Below the pieces are notes generated by a model. That model was not told where the DNA came from and ran no database searches. It was given only the letters and a program-made list of their open reading frames with translations. Positions 40,571-50,712 of a stretch of DNA of 64,000 nt are shown in pieces (position 1 is the first letter of the stretch; each line of letters opens with the position of its first letter). A program made the position numbers and the translations under genes. Source of the stretch: Candidatus Bathyarchaeota archaeon (GTDB taxonomy: Archaea > Thermoproteota > Bathyarchaeia > Bathyarchaeales > Bathycorpusculaceae); NCBI GenBank assembly GCA_963775465.1, contig CAVZIW010000006.1, positions 192,001 through 256,000 on the forward strand, written 5' to 3'.

Positions 40571-41842
40571 CTACTTTTTCTTGTTTAGGTCCTCTAAGAA
40601 CTCTTTGGCGCGATCTACTCGGACTTTGCCTTCTTTAACCATTAGATCAGCAACCAAATCGATTTGACCTTCCTTTGCTCCAGCATTAATTGCTATGTTA
40701 CGGGCATGCAAAGACATGTGACCCCTCTGAATGCCTTCACTTGCAAGCGCACGAAGAGCACCCAAATTTTGGGCTAAGCCAACAGAAGCCAAGATTTCAC
40801 CAAACTCATTTGCAGATTTAACATTTAATATTTTCATAGCGATTCGGGCAATGGGATGAGTTTTTACAGCCCCCCCGATTAATCCAACTGCCATAGGCAT
40901 TTCGATCGTGCCTTCCAAGTCGCCATTAACGTTCTTAGACCATTTAGAAATTGAAGTGTATGGTCCGTTCAGAGCTGCGTAAGCATGTGCTCCTGCCTCT
41001 ATTGCTCGATGATCGTTGCCTGTGGCTAAAACCACAGCAACTATCCCATTCATGACACCTTTGTTGTGTGTGGCTGCACGGTATGGATCTGCTGCCGCGA
41101 AAGCTGAAGCATAGGCAATTCCGTCTACAACTGCCTCGCCACCTAGAGCTTCTTTAGGTACAGTACACCAAGCTTTAACTAAACGTTTTGTGGCTAAATT
41201 AGAAATTATTCTAAGGTAAACGTGTCCATTAGTTAATTGTTCAATCATTGGCGCTATGGCTTCTGTCATCGTATTAACCGCATTTGCACCCATTGCATCG
41301 CGACAGTCAACATATAAATGAACAATCAACATTTCCTCCATGGTCGTATCGATAACTCGAGCATCCAAATCCTTCGCTCCACCACCAAACGAGTTGAGGA
41401 CGGGATCTTGATCATTAGCCTTCTTTAGGAGTTCTGATTTTGCGTCTATGACCTGTTCTTTGGCTTGGTTTGCATTTCTAAGTTTGACAACTTGGATTTG
41501 TCCAATCATTACAGGTGTTGTGCTGCTAGTGTGGAATCCTCCACCGTCGCGTACCATTTTTGCAGCGTAGCTTGCCGCTGCTATGACGCTTGGTTCTTCA
41601 GTTGCCATAGGTATTAAGTAATCTTTTCCGTTGATCTGGAAGTTCACACCGATGCCCATTGGTTCTGGAAAAACACCGATGACATTTTCAACCATATGAT
41701 CAGCCAAATCCATCGGGAGTGAACATGATTCTTGCAGTAAATTTGCTTCTTCATCGGTCAAGCCAGCAAAATCTTTCACAATTGCTAAGCGTTCTTTAGG
41801 GGAGAGCTTGTAGAATCCTGAGATTAAAGATGACTTAGCCAT
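40571..41842 (-). CDS. mvaA: HMG-CoA reductase, class II
   Basis: ENVIG, ATEEPSVIAA, DAMGAN, RAATHNKG, GIQRGHMSLHA. Confidence 0.93.
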   Translation of the reverse strand: MAKSSLISGFYKLSPKERLAIVKDFAGLTDEEANLLQESCSLPMDLADHMVENVIGVFPEPMGIGVNFQINGKDYLIPMATEEPSVIAAASYAAKMVRDGGGFHTSSTTPVMIGQIQVVKLRNANQAKEQVIDAKSELLKKANDQDPVLNSFGGGAKDLDARVIDTTMEEMLIVHLYVDCRDAMGANAVNTMTEAIAPMIEQLTNGHVYLRIISNLATKRLVKAWCTVPKEALGGEAVVDGIAYASAFAAADPYRAATHNKGVMNGIVAVVLATGNDHRAIEAGAHAYAALNGPYTSISKWSKNVNGDLEGTIEMPMAVGLIGGAVKTHPIARIAMKILNVKSANEFGEILASVGLAQNLGALRALASEGIQRGHMSLHARNIAINAGAKEGQIDLVADLMVKEGKVRVDRAKEFLEDLNKKK

Positions 41843-41919
41843 ATTTAGATCACTTCGCAAGTGATTGTTTGATTTTCTACATTTAAACTTTGACTAAACC
41901 CCAACTCAAAACGCTTCAC

Positions 41920-42939
41920 TTATAATGTTGTTTGGCCAAAACACCTGGGCATAGAAACTGCAGAAACACCCAAACGCTTCCTGATCTCCATCGCTAAGGC
42001 ATCACCATTACTCCGGTAGTTATCGGTAATTACCTGCTTAGCCTTGGAACGCTTAACGTATTCAATTAAACCATCAAAATCCGAATGATCACTGAGCGCT
42101 ACTAAATGTTCGCGATCCCCAATTTGTCTACAAGGCGAATGGAATTCCCAGCCGCTAACACAGATTCGCGCATTGCGCAGACCAACATATTGACGCTGAT
42201 TCATATGATAGAAGGCAACACAAGGCAAGTTACCGTCTAAAAGCTCATGCCCTTCACTATCTGTAGAAAGCGACAAACAACCCATCCGCATACCATGCTT
42301 CTCACACACTTTGGTTACTTCAAAAACACGCTCCGGCATCACAAACGGGACTTCGACATCCGCATTGCGGAGAATTTGCATGATTTCCTGCAGTTTCCCA
42401 TGATACCCAAAAACGTAAACTGTTCCCCCCCTCAAACGCTTTTCGACCATCGAAACTAAAAGTTCTCGCACATCGACTTTGAAGTTGCGACGACACGATG
42501 GGCTACCATATGTAGCTTCAACCACCAACACATCACAATCAACAACAGGCGTTCCTTCAAGTCTAAAATCACCAGTCCACGCAATTCGAATTCCGCCTGC
42601 ATCCTCCACCAAAACTTGACAGGCTCCTAAAATGTGATCAGCTTTGAGAAGACTGATTTTTTCGTCACCGAACTCGAGGACTTTTCCGTATTCTAAGGTT
42701 TTAACGGTTTGGGTCATTTTCAATTTCAATGATCCATTGAGTGTATCGGCAAGGTCACGGGTGGCTTTGGTCATCAAAACCTTTTCGCAACTCTTCAAAC
42801 TGCTACGGAGACCGTAGAGGTGGTCAGCATGTGCATGGGTTACCACTCGCAAGGGTCTAGAAGAATCATGGGCATCACAGGAGACACTGTCACCTAACAA
42901 AACAGCGCCTTTCTTAGTTACTACAGCCCTTTCAGCCAA
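41920..42939 (-). CDS. Metallo-beta-lactamase (beta-CASP-like) nuclease
   Basis: THAHADH, HILG, TGDFR, EATYG, LSDHSDF; TTG 42939 with GAGG RBS. Confidence 0.85.
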   Translation of the reverse strand: MAERAVVTKKGAVLLGDSVSCDAHDSSRPLRVVTHAHADHLYGLRSSLKSCEKVLMTKATRDLADTLNGSLKLKMTQTVKTLEYGKVLEFGDEKISLLKADHILGACQVLVEDAGGIRIAWTGDFRLEGTPVVDCDVLVVEATYGSPSCRRNFKVDVRELLVSMVEKRLRGGTVYVFGYHGKLQEIMQILRNADVEVPFVMPERVFEVTKVCEKHGMRMGCLSLSTDSEGHELLDGNLPCVAFYHMNQRQYVGLRNARICVSGWEFHSPCRQIGDREHLVALSDHSDFDGLIEYVKRSKAKQVITDNYRSNGDALAMEIRKRLGVSAVSMPRCFGQTTL

Positions 42940-42950
42940 GTTTCTTCCTC

Positions 42951-43352
42951 TTAAACGGTTTTCTCTGCAAGCCACTCTACTAGCCGCTGCGGTTGGTCAG
43001 TTTCAATAGTGAATATAATAGGTCCAAGTGGGGATTCAGCGTTTTCTTCACAAAAAGAAACATGCCCCGCAAATGCAACTTGCTTGTTTAAACAAAACAA
43101 GATTTTGTTGCCTCGGGCGGACCTAAAAAGTACTTTTCTTGCAGCATCGCGGATGCGATCATTTCTTAATAAAGTTCGCAATTTAATCAATGCATCATGT
43201 CCTTCCGCCTTAGCAACTAACTTGTTGCTTTTCTGAGCAGGTTCAATGCTTATAGTTGAGTTACCCAAAACATTGTTTACAGCAAATTTAACTTTAGATT
43301 CATCTTCCGTTGGGTTTATCTCCGTTTCAACATAGACAATTACTTGTTCCAT
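42951..43352 (-). CDS. DUF54/UPF0201 putative RNA-binding protein
   Basis: INPTEDESKV, IRDAAR, LNKQVAFAG, SPLGPI. Confidence 0.88.
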   Translation of the reverse strand: MEQVIVYVETEINPTEDESKVKFAVNNVLGNSTISIEPAQKSNKLVAKAEGHDALIKLRTLLRNDRIRDAARKVLFRSARGNKILFCLNKQVAFAGHVSFCEENAESPLGPIIFTIETDQPQRLVEWLAEKTV

Positions 43353-43906
43353 TTTTTTTCAATCCTTCCAAGTGACTCTCTAATCTTGACCTTAGCTTGC
43401 TCGACACTACGATCGTTAATTACCATTTGCTCCGCCAATGCTATGACATTTCCTAAACCTACGCCCAGTTCTCGCATATCCCGATCATTAAAGATTTGCC
43501 ATTTAGATGTATCGTCGCTTCGACCCCTTCTGGCAAGTCGTAGAAACCGCGTCTCTGGCGAAGAGTGAATCGCGATCAAACTAAATTTTTGGAAATTCTG
43601 ATTGAAAATATCTGCTTCATTGAGACTACGCAATCCATCAACTAGAACTTTAGGGTTTGACATTTCTTGTATTTTAGGGACACAACGGTGAGCAATCACG
43701 TAATTGCCACTTTCTTGCCGCAATTCAAGCATGACCTTTCCTACGTTTTCCGGAGTCAACTCTAAGTCACGTTTTATTGTTTCTTCCCTAATAACATCGC
43801 CCATTACAACTATGCCGTAACCGAGTTCTCGCGCAATATCAACAACTAATGATTTTCCAGAACCAGGCATCCCAGCTAAACCAGCCACTAGTTTTTCAGC
43901 GTTCAC
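43340..43906 (-). CDS. UPF0200 nucleotide kinase (dephospho-CoA kinase-like)
   Basis: GMPGSGKS P-loop, MGDVIR, DGLRS..E, RGRSDD, RD.REL..G. Confidence 0.88.
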   Translation of the reverse strand: MNAEKLVAGLAGMPGSGKSLVVDIARELGYGIVVMGDVIREETIKRDLELTPENVGKVMLELRQESGNYVIAHRCVPKIQEMSNPKVLVDGLRSLNEADIFNQNFQKFSLIAIHSSPETRFLRLARRGRSDDTSKWQIFNDRDMRELGVGLGNVIALAEQMVINDRSVEQAKVKIRESLGRIEKKWNK

Positions 43907-43999
43907 GTTAACTTACCCTTTTTAGGTTCATATTAGCAGCCCCCTCCATTAAAAAAGATTTATGAGACGTAGGTGTTAAAAATACTTTGAAGGAGCAAT

Positions 44000-44572
44000 A
44001 TGTCCGAACAAATAAGGAGTTTCATCGCATTTGACATAGAAAACGACATAGTTCTGAGCAGATTCTCTGCAATTCAAAAGCTCCTGACCGAATTGAATGC
44101 AGAACTGAAAATTGTTGAACCGCAAAACATCCATGTTACAGTCAGATTCCTTGGAAACATCAGCCCAACTATGGTGGATAAAATTCATGATGCAATGAAA
44201 TCTGCAAAGTTTTCACCTTTTCAGATCAAACTCCAAGGTTTGGGGGTTTTTCCCAGCTTAAATTATCCAAGGGTGGTTTGGGTGGGAATTACGCAAGGTG
44301 GGGACCAGTTAAAGAGTCTTTTCAATCAACTAGAACCACAAATTCAAGCCTTAGGTTTTCCACACGACGCACATGGGTTTAGTCCACATTTAACGATTGC
44401 GAGGGTAAAGACAGGGAAGAATAAACAACGTCTCTCAGAGTTCGTGACGAAAAAATCAGAATACGATTTAGGCACAATAAATGCTGATTGCCTGCGACTT
44501 AAGAGAAGTCGTATTTCACCAAAAGGGCCAACTTATTCAACTCTTAAAGAATACTGCCCACAAAAAGGATAA
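44000..44572 (+). CDS. thpR: RNA 2',3'-cyclic phosphodiesterase (2H family)
   Basis: Two HxT motifs (HVT, HLT), PRVVWVG, GPTY. Confidence 0.93.
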   Translation: MSEQIRSFIAFDIENDIVLSRFSAIQKLLTELNAELKIVEPQNIHVTVRFLGNISPTMVDKIHDAMKSAKFSPFQIKLQGLGVFPSLNYPRVVWVGITQGGDQLKSLFNQLEPQIQALGFPHDAHGFSPHLTIARVKTGKNKQRLSEFVTKKSEYDLGTINADCLRLKRSRISPKGPTYSTLKEYCPQKG

Positions 44573-44575
44573 CAA

Positions 44576-46000
44576 ATGCAAGAAATTCAAGCTGTAACAA
44601 AGCAGGTCTTAAAGAAAATTACACCTAAAAAAGCTGAACGAGTTAGGGTTGAGGCTTTAAGCCGCAATTTAGAGCAACAAATACTCAAAGCAAGCCAAAG
44701 CGAAGGTATTCAAGCCAAAATCAGAGTGGAAGGATCCGTTGCTAAGGATACCTGGCTAAGCGAAAACCCCGATATTGACGTTTTCATCCGTTTGCCTACC
44801 TCTATTCCACGCAAAAATTTAGGTGAAATAGGTCTAAAGATTGCACGGAAAGCAGCTGCAAATGCACGACAAGTGGAGCGATTTGCTGAACACCCATATC
44901 TTGAAGCCTTCATGGATGGGTACCGAGTCGATATTGTTCCATGCTACGACGCCAAGAAAGGTGAATGGCAAAGTGCAACTGACCGAACTCCCTATCACAC
45001 AGACTACATCAGAAAGCGCTTAGAGATCAATCTGCTTGGAGAAGTAAGACTGCTTAAGAGGTTTATGCAGGGCATAGGTGTTTATGGTGCAGAACTAAAA
45101 ATTGGTGGTTTTAGCGGGTATTTGTGCGAACTTTTAGTTATTAAGTTCGGCTCCTTTTCCGAAGTAGTGCGGTTTTTTGCAGCCTACAATCGACGTATCG
45201 TAATCGACCTTGAAGATTTCTATGTGAATAGAGAACATGAACTTGCACTTCTTTTCCCTGAGCCATTGACAATCATAGATCCTGTGGATAAAGGAAGAAA
45301 CGTCGCTTCTGCTGTACTTCCTGAAAAACTCCACAAATTTGTTGCTGCTTCCAGAGCCTTCCTTGAAAAGCCATCTATAGACTTTTTCTATCCTCCAAAA
45401 CTCAAAGCTTTCTCAACTAAAACCTTAAAAAACAATTTACAGACGCGCGGTTCAGCAATCGTGTTCTTAGTGGTGAAGCAGATTGCCGCGGTGCCTGATA
45501 TTTTATGGGGGCAGCTCTATAAGTCAAAGCGTTCGTTGACAAGACTCTTTGAACTAAATGATTACAAGGTGTTAAGAGACGCGGTTTGGAGTAACGAAAA
45601 AAATATTAGTGTTTTCGTTTTTGCGATTGAATCGCTAAAATTGGCAAATATCAAAAAACATTTTGGTCCACCACTTGAGCGAGAACTTGAATGTAACAAG
45701 TTTTTGAAAAAATACGCCAACAATAACTGCGTTATTTCCGGACCATACATTGAAGATGGACGCTGGTTGGTTGAGTTATCACGGAATAACATAGATGCCG
45801 CAACTATGTTAAAAGAAAAAGTCACAGATGGTGGAAAAAATTCGGGAGTTGCAGATTTGATTGCATTGTCAATTAAGAAAGAGTTTAGAATATTGGTTAA
45901 TGCTGATGTGGTTGAGGTGTGCAAAGAAAATGCAGAATTTGCTAAGTTCTTAACAGACTTCCTTGTCTGTAAACCGTTTTGGCTAAACTTAAAAAGTTAA
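44576..46000 (+). CDS. cca: CCA tRNA nucleotidyltransferase (class I)
   Basis: GSVAKDTWL..DIDVF, AEHPY, DRTPYH, GFSGYLCEL, DPVD..RNVA. Confidence 0.95.
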   Translation: MQEIQAVTKQVLKKITPKKAERVRVEALSRNLEQQILKASQSEGIQAKIRVEGSVAKDTWLSENPDIDVFIRLPTSIPRKNLGEIGLKIARKAAANARQVERFAEHPYLEAFMDGYRVDIVPCYDAKKGEWQSATDRTPYHTDYIRKRLEINLLGEVRLLKRFMQGIGVYGAELKIGGFSGYLCELLVIKFGSFSEVVRFFAAYNRRIVIDLEDFYVNREHELALLFPEPLTIIDPVDKGRNVASAVLPEKLHKFVAASRAFLEKPSIDFFYPPKLKAFSTKTLKNNLQTRGSAIVFLVVKQIAAVPDILWGQLYKSKRSLTRLFELNDYKVLRDAVWSNEKNISVFVFAIESLKLANIKKHFGPPLERELECNKFLKKYANNNCVISGPYIEDGRWLVELSRNNIDAATMLKEKVTDGGKNSGVADLIALSIKKEFRILVNADVVEVCKENAEFAKFLTDFLVCKPFWLNLKS

Positions 46001-46003
46001 ATG

Positions 46004-47188
46004 TTATTGGGTTACTGAATGATACCAGCTGATGATATATTCAGGCAGATTCAAACCCCGTTCGCCAAGACGCTCCGCTAGTTTCACTGGTAATGGACTT
46101 AGTACGTAAGCTGCACGCGTATAGAAGCGTCTTGGAGTGCTGGGTTTAACTTCTTCTGGCAAAATGATTTTTAAATCCGCTTTGTTAGCAAGAGTGGAGT
46201 CTTTATTGCCTGTTATTGCGAAGACGGTTCCGCCGAATTTCTTGAGTACATCAGCCCAAATGATGACGGGGCGGGTTTCGCCTGAGAAAGACAATAGAAT
46301 TTCCAGGTCTCCAGCTCGAGGGTGCGGAGTGTTGACTCCTCTTGTGATGTAAACGTTATCGCCGAGAAAACTCTTAATGTGGAAAAGGCGAACACCAGTC
46401 ATTTTAGCAATTTCATTTCCTGTTCCTTTTCCGCCCAAAAAAACGTTTGTTCTTTTCTCCATTATGTCGACGAGTTGATTATACGTTTCTGATGTAACAT
46501 TGGAGTCTATCATATCTCCAACTTTTTCAAATTCTTCTTCACATAGACGGAAGACATCATTGACTTCAAGATTGCGGAATATTGCTTCAATCATGCTGTT
46601 CAGGAGTTCCAATGTGCCAAGCTCAAAAATGTCGCCCATCATTCCGGTTTCCGCATATTCGGTTCCTGGCTTGGATTTGCCGCGTCCCTTAATTTGAACT
46701 ACATGACCAAATTTGTTCGTAATGTCCGCTAATGGTGATTTTACTGCGGAAGTCAAAAGACCCATGGAGAAATGATTGGACTTTTTTTCTTTAATGTATC
46801 TCGCTAGATCCTGAGCCATAACCAAAGGATCGTCGCTGTAACCGCTCCCCGAATTCATCAGAAGCAAAGTTTTTTTGTATCTACGTTGAAGGTCTGGCGC
46901 TGCATCATACATACTTTTGCCAGGAAAACCGGGATCATCAGGTGTTAAAATAACTTTGTTTCGCCAGCCTACTTGACTTAACGCGATTTGGCTCATAGCA
47001 GCGTTAAGTGAATAAAGAGAACGTCCGGATCCTCCGCAAATGACGCAGTCGGCTGCTTTTAGTTCTTCATATAGAGGTGCGAGTTCTCGTTTCTTTATGC
47101 ACATAATGTTTTCTTGAATTTTATTGACGTATCCTATACTGCTGATTTTGCTTTTAATGGAAACGGCACCTTCTAGTTCAAACATCAT
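46004..47188 (-). CDS. Tandem SIS-domain sugar-phosphate isomerase-like protein (PHI/HxlB-related)
   Basis: GSGRS...SGSG...MGDIFE in domain 1; GKG...SFSGET...ITG..DSTLA..AD in domain 2. Confidence 0.75.
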   Translation of the reverse strand: MMFELEGAVSIKSKISSIGYVNKIQENIMCIKKRELAPLYEELKAADCVICGGSGRSLYSLNAAMSQIALSQVGWRNKVILTPDDPGFPGKSMYDAAPDLQRRYKKTLLLMNSGSGYSDDPLVMAQDLARYIKEKKSNHFSMGLLTSAVKSPLADITNKFGHVVQIKGRGKSKPGTEYAETGMMGDIFELGTLELLNSMIEAIFRNLEVNDVFRLCEEEFEKVGDMIDSNVTSETYNQLVDIMEKRTNVFLGGKGTGNEIAKMTGVRLFHIKSFLGDNVYITRGVNTPHPRAGDLEILLSFSGETRPVIIWADVLKKFGGTVFAITGNKDSTLANKADLKIILPEEVKPSTPRRFYTRAAYVLSPLPVKLAERLGERGLNLPEYIISWYHSVTQ

Positions 47189-47396
47189 CTACTACTATAT
47201 ATTATTCTTGTGCTTGCTGGAGAAAAAATGGGCTATACCGACCCAATATTTGTTGGATTCAAAAAGTGAAGTTCCACATCTCTTGATATTTGTTTGAAAA
47301 TTTTTATGATTTTTTGGAAGCCCGAAACTTTTAGGATATTAGAATGTGAATTATAAAAAGTGTTATTTAGCAGTTGGGCATTTCTTCTATTTTTAG

Positions 47397-48326
47397 GTGC
47401 TGCATTTGGGGTTCAAAGACCGAGATATTGTATCAATCGAAGACTTCTCCCAAGCCGAAATCAACCATATTCTCGACATGGCTAAAAAAATGGAACCCAT
47501 CGCTAAAACAGGCTCAGACATGCTTAAGGGTAAAATCCTAGCCACATTATTCTTTGAACCTAGCACTCGTACTCGTCTTAGTTTTGAAACTGCCATGTTA
47601 AAACTCGGAGGCAACTACATCGGATTTGCTGAACCAGATATAACATCTGCTCGCAAAGGCGAAAACTTGGCAGATACCGTGCGTACAGTTGAAAATTACG
47701 CGGACGTAATAACACTTAGGCACAGTTTAGAAGGTTCAGCCAAGTTGGCGGCAGAATTCTCCAAAGTTCCAATTATCAATGCAGGTACAGGCGCCGAGGA
47801 GCATCCAACCCAAGCTTTTATTGACTTGTACACGATGCGCAAGGACAAAGGCGAAATCAATGGATTAAAAGTTGCCCTAGTGGGCGACTTGCGCTACGGC
47901 AGAACCGTACATTCGCTAGCCTATGCGTTAGCGCTCTACAACGTAGAACTCCACCTTGTTTCGCCTGAAGCGTTACGAATGAGAAAAGAAGTACTCCAAA
48001 CCATAAAAAATAAAATCTCCGTAACGGAACACATCAATCTCGATGCTTTGATCTCTCAAATCGATGTTCTCTACATCACTCGTATCCAAAAAGAACGCTT
48101 CCCTGACGCTGCCGAGTATGCTAAGGTCAAAGGCGCTTACAAAGTCGACCTAAAAACGCTGAAAAACGCTAAGAAAAATATGATTATTCTGCACCCGCTG
48201 CCCCGGGTCGACGAAATCGCTGCCGAAGTAGATAGCACACCCCAAGCGCGCTACTTTCAGCAGGTCTGGAATGGCATCGTAGTCCGCATGGCGCTACTTT
48301 CATTGGTTTTGGGCGCGATTAAATAA
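47397..48326 (+). CDS. pyrB: Aspartate carbamoyltransferase catalytic subunit
   Basis: FFEPSTRTRLSF, HPTQ, GDLRYGRTVHS, RIQKER, HPLPR. Confidence 0.97.
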   Translation: MLHLGFKDRDIVSIEDFSQAEINHILDMAKKMEPIAKTGSDMLKGKILATLFFEPSTRTRLSFETAMLKLGGNYIGFAEPDITSARKGENLADTVRTVENYADVITLRHSLEGSAKLAAEFSKVPIINAGTGAEEHPTQAFIDLYTMRKDKGEINGLKVALVGDLRYGRTVHSLAYALALYNVELHLVSPEALRMRKEVLQTIKNKISVTEHINLDALISQIDVLYITRIQKERFPDAAEYAKVKGAYKVDLKTLKNAKKNMIILHPLPRVDEIAAEVDSTPQARYFQQVWNGIVVRMALLSLVLGAIK

Positions 48327-48397
48327 ACCACTTTGAAAATATCTTGTCCAATAAGACAAATCCTATGGAGAGACTAAATCAAGAAGAAAACCAAGTT

Positions 48398-50611
48398 CTA
48401 TGTTGAAGAGAAACGGTCAAAGGTTGTCAGGTTACTCATGGAACCGCATGAGGGACATTTATGTAACATTCTATACCAGTTCTTCTTGCAGTTATCGCAA
48501 GAGCTGATCAAGCGACTGTACGTAAAAAATTCTACAATTTGGTTTTCGATCAATCGAAGGGTTAGATCCATGAGGGCTTCGGTCTTATACTCTGCGTTTT
48601 CAAGTTCGATAATGCTTAAGTTTCCGCCGGCATTTAATCCTCTAAATCTCTGTGCTGTCTCCAATACATCTGTCTGAAGCGACAAAAGTTCAGCAGATTT
48701 AAGATGGAATCGTATGGAAGTTGAATAATAGGGTTTCTCTCGAGTTCCAGAGAACTTCACTTTAGCTACTCCGAATCTCTCTATGTCAAGTTGTGCCAAT
48801 CGTTCAGAGGCTTCAGTAGAACCCAAGATCACAGGATAGAGTCGCTTAACATATCTTCTGCCAATTTTTTGTTTGAAAGAGGTAACATTAGCTACAATCT
48901 CTTCAGCAAAAACCCGACTCTCCTCTGAGTTTATGCTTTTTCCTGTAAAGTCTTCAACTGACTCCCGAAATCCAGCTAAATTAACTATTCTAGAGCAGTT
49001 TTCGAGTCTGAAGTAGGTATCACCACCTGTTTTCTGCAAGAGAAACGGCAACGCGTTCTTTCCAAACTGCTTTAACGCATTATTCTTAATTTGCAAAGCT
49101 CTGGCGGAAAGTTCAAACCGCTCCTTGAGTAAATCTTGGAATTTATGCTTATCCTTGTCACATTCAAGAGTAATTCTGGGTAAGTTTATAGTTACTTCGC
49201 CTAAGCATCCCGTTCTAAGCGTATCGGTTTCCCAGTCACCCGTTAAATCAGCAGCCAATTTGACCCCAGAAGCCGAAAACGCCACGTTTTCGCTATTTTT
49301 TAGGTCTAAATTGGCAAAAAAGGGTGTTCCGCTTTGCAGTGCCAACTTGTGAGCTTTCAAAAGAACAGATTTTGCTTCTTTGTTTGAGAGTGCTTCCCCA
49401 TTGATTTTTATGATTAGTTTAGGACTAAGCAACGGCTTGATTGTACTCTCTTCAATGAAAACATCAATAATAAGCGAAGCGAGAAGCAAGCTTTCTTGAG
49501 CAAAATCGTTGTATATTCCGATAGCTTTGCCCTGCGGTCCAACAGCTTCTTTTTCAGCGGTTTGTTTTGGAATTAACAAGTCAAGTCCCAACGTGGTTTC
49601 CGTATGTTGGTTGAGACTTAAAATGAAAAGCCGAAGGGTTTCCTTGATTTTTGACTGCTCATTTCCCCTTATGAAAGGCGCTAAGAACACATTGAAGTAG
49701 TTGAATGTCTGCATTCTATTGGTCTCACTTGCGGTGTGGAGCAGGACATTAAACGCTATGGATAGGGCAGATTTGAGATTGCTAGGTGGACTCATTGATT
49801 GCTGTGTTGGCTTAACAAGAGCTATACCATGCTGGAAAAAAAAGCGAAGGTCGTGAACAACTTCATTGGGCTTTAGAATCCAAGTGCCTAACTCGTCGAT
49901 GTGGATCACTCCTGAAAGATGAGCGTCGGCTATGTCTCGGGGGAAAATATTTAGCAATGTATATTCACCCAGAACCGTTTGCCCCGCTTTGCTAATCGTG
50001 GTAGCGCAGTCTTGATTGGTGTCTTTTGCCTCAATTAATACTGTGACTTCATGAATCGGCATACCAACACGGGTAAGTTTATGGCGATATTCTTCATAAC
50101 CCTTTTCAACCAAAATCGAATTCACAACCTCTCGGATAAGGGAAGCTGTGAGATACTTTGTTTTTGATTTAATAAGACGTTTTTCAGCCTCTTTTGCAGC
50201 TTTCTGCGCCAGTTCTGCAGGAACTTTAGCCTCTTTAATTAAAGCGTTGGCGATCTTGTTTACGTCAAATTCTTCCATCGTTAAATGTGAAGTCCGAACT
50301 AGCATACCCCGCGGTTTAACTGCTTTCTTTTCCACGCGGTCAGCCACATCGAGAACCATCTTGCCTAGGTCAGTTAAACAATACTTTTTTGCTTCAACAT
50401 CTGCTTCAACCAAATCTGCTTTCAACATAAATTTCAAGTGATAAGCAAATCTCCCTGCGTCACGGCTCGGGTTCATTTTCAGCTGGTTCATAAGTTCCGA
50501 GTAAGATAGGGCGCTTTTATCAAAAAGAAGGTTGAGAATTTGCAGTCGTAGGGGTGAAGAAACCGCTTTGAGTACATTAACACCACGCGAACGAGGCTGC
50601 TGCTTAACCAT
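48398..50611 (-). CDS. ArsR-type wHTH + ATP-cone + class III ribonucleotide reductase (NrdD)-like protein, apparently catalytically degenerate
   Basis: N-terminal LKAVSSPLRLQIL..LSYSEL..FAYHLK; ATP cone; ADAHLSGVIHI, TINLPRI, CxxC/CPSCG; no terminal RxxGY. Confidence 0.82.
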   Translation of the reverse strand: MVKQQPRSRGVNVLKAVSSPLRLQILNLLFDKSALSYSELMNQLKMNPSRDAGRFAYHLKFMLKADLVEADVEAKKYCLTDLGKMVLDVADRVEKKAVKPRGMLVRTSHLTMEEFDVNKIANALIKEAKVPAELAQKAAKEAEKRLIKSKTKYLTASLIREVVNSILVEKGYEEYRHKLTRVGMPIHEVTVLIEAKDTNQDCATTISKAGQTVLGEYTLLNIFPRDIADAHLSGVIHIDELGTWILKPNEVVHDLRFFFQHGIALVKPTQQSMSPPSNLKSALSIAFNVLLHTASETNRMQTFNYFNVFLAPFIRGNEQSKIKETLRLFILSLNQHTETTLGLDLLIPKQTAEKEAVGPQGKAIGIYNDFAQESLLLASLIIDVFIEESTIKPLLSPKLIIKINGEALSNKEAKSVLLKAHKLALQSGTPFFANLDLKNSENVAFSASGVKLAADLTGDWETDTLRTGCLGEVTINLPRITLECDKDKHKFQDLLKERFELSARALQIKNNALKQFGKNALPFLLQKTGGDTYFRLENCSRIVNLAGFRESVEDFTGKSINSEESRVFAEEIVANVTSFKQKIGRRYVKRLYPVILGSTEASERLAQLDIERFGVAKVKFSGTREKPYYSTSIRFHLKSAELLSLQTDVLETAQRFRGLNAGGNLSIIELENAEYKTEALMDLTLRLIENQIVEFFTYSRLISSCDNCKKNWYRMLHKCPSCGSMSNLTTFDRFSST

Positions 50612-50712
50612 TGCCTTTTTTCTCTCCCTAACTCACAAATTTGATAGCGCCTACCTATTATTCCACTCGAGAGTTTAAACTTAACTAAAAAATTCTTACA
50701 TGAATTAGATAA

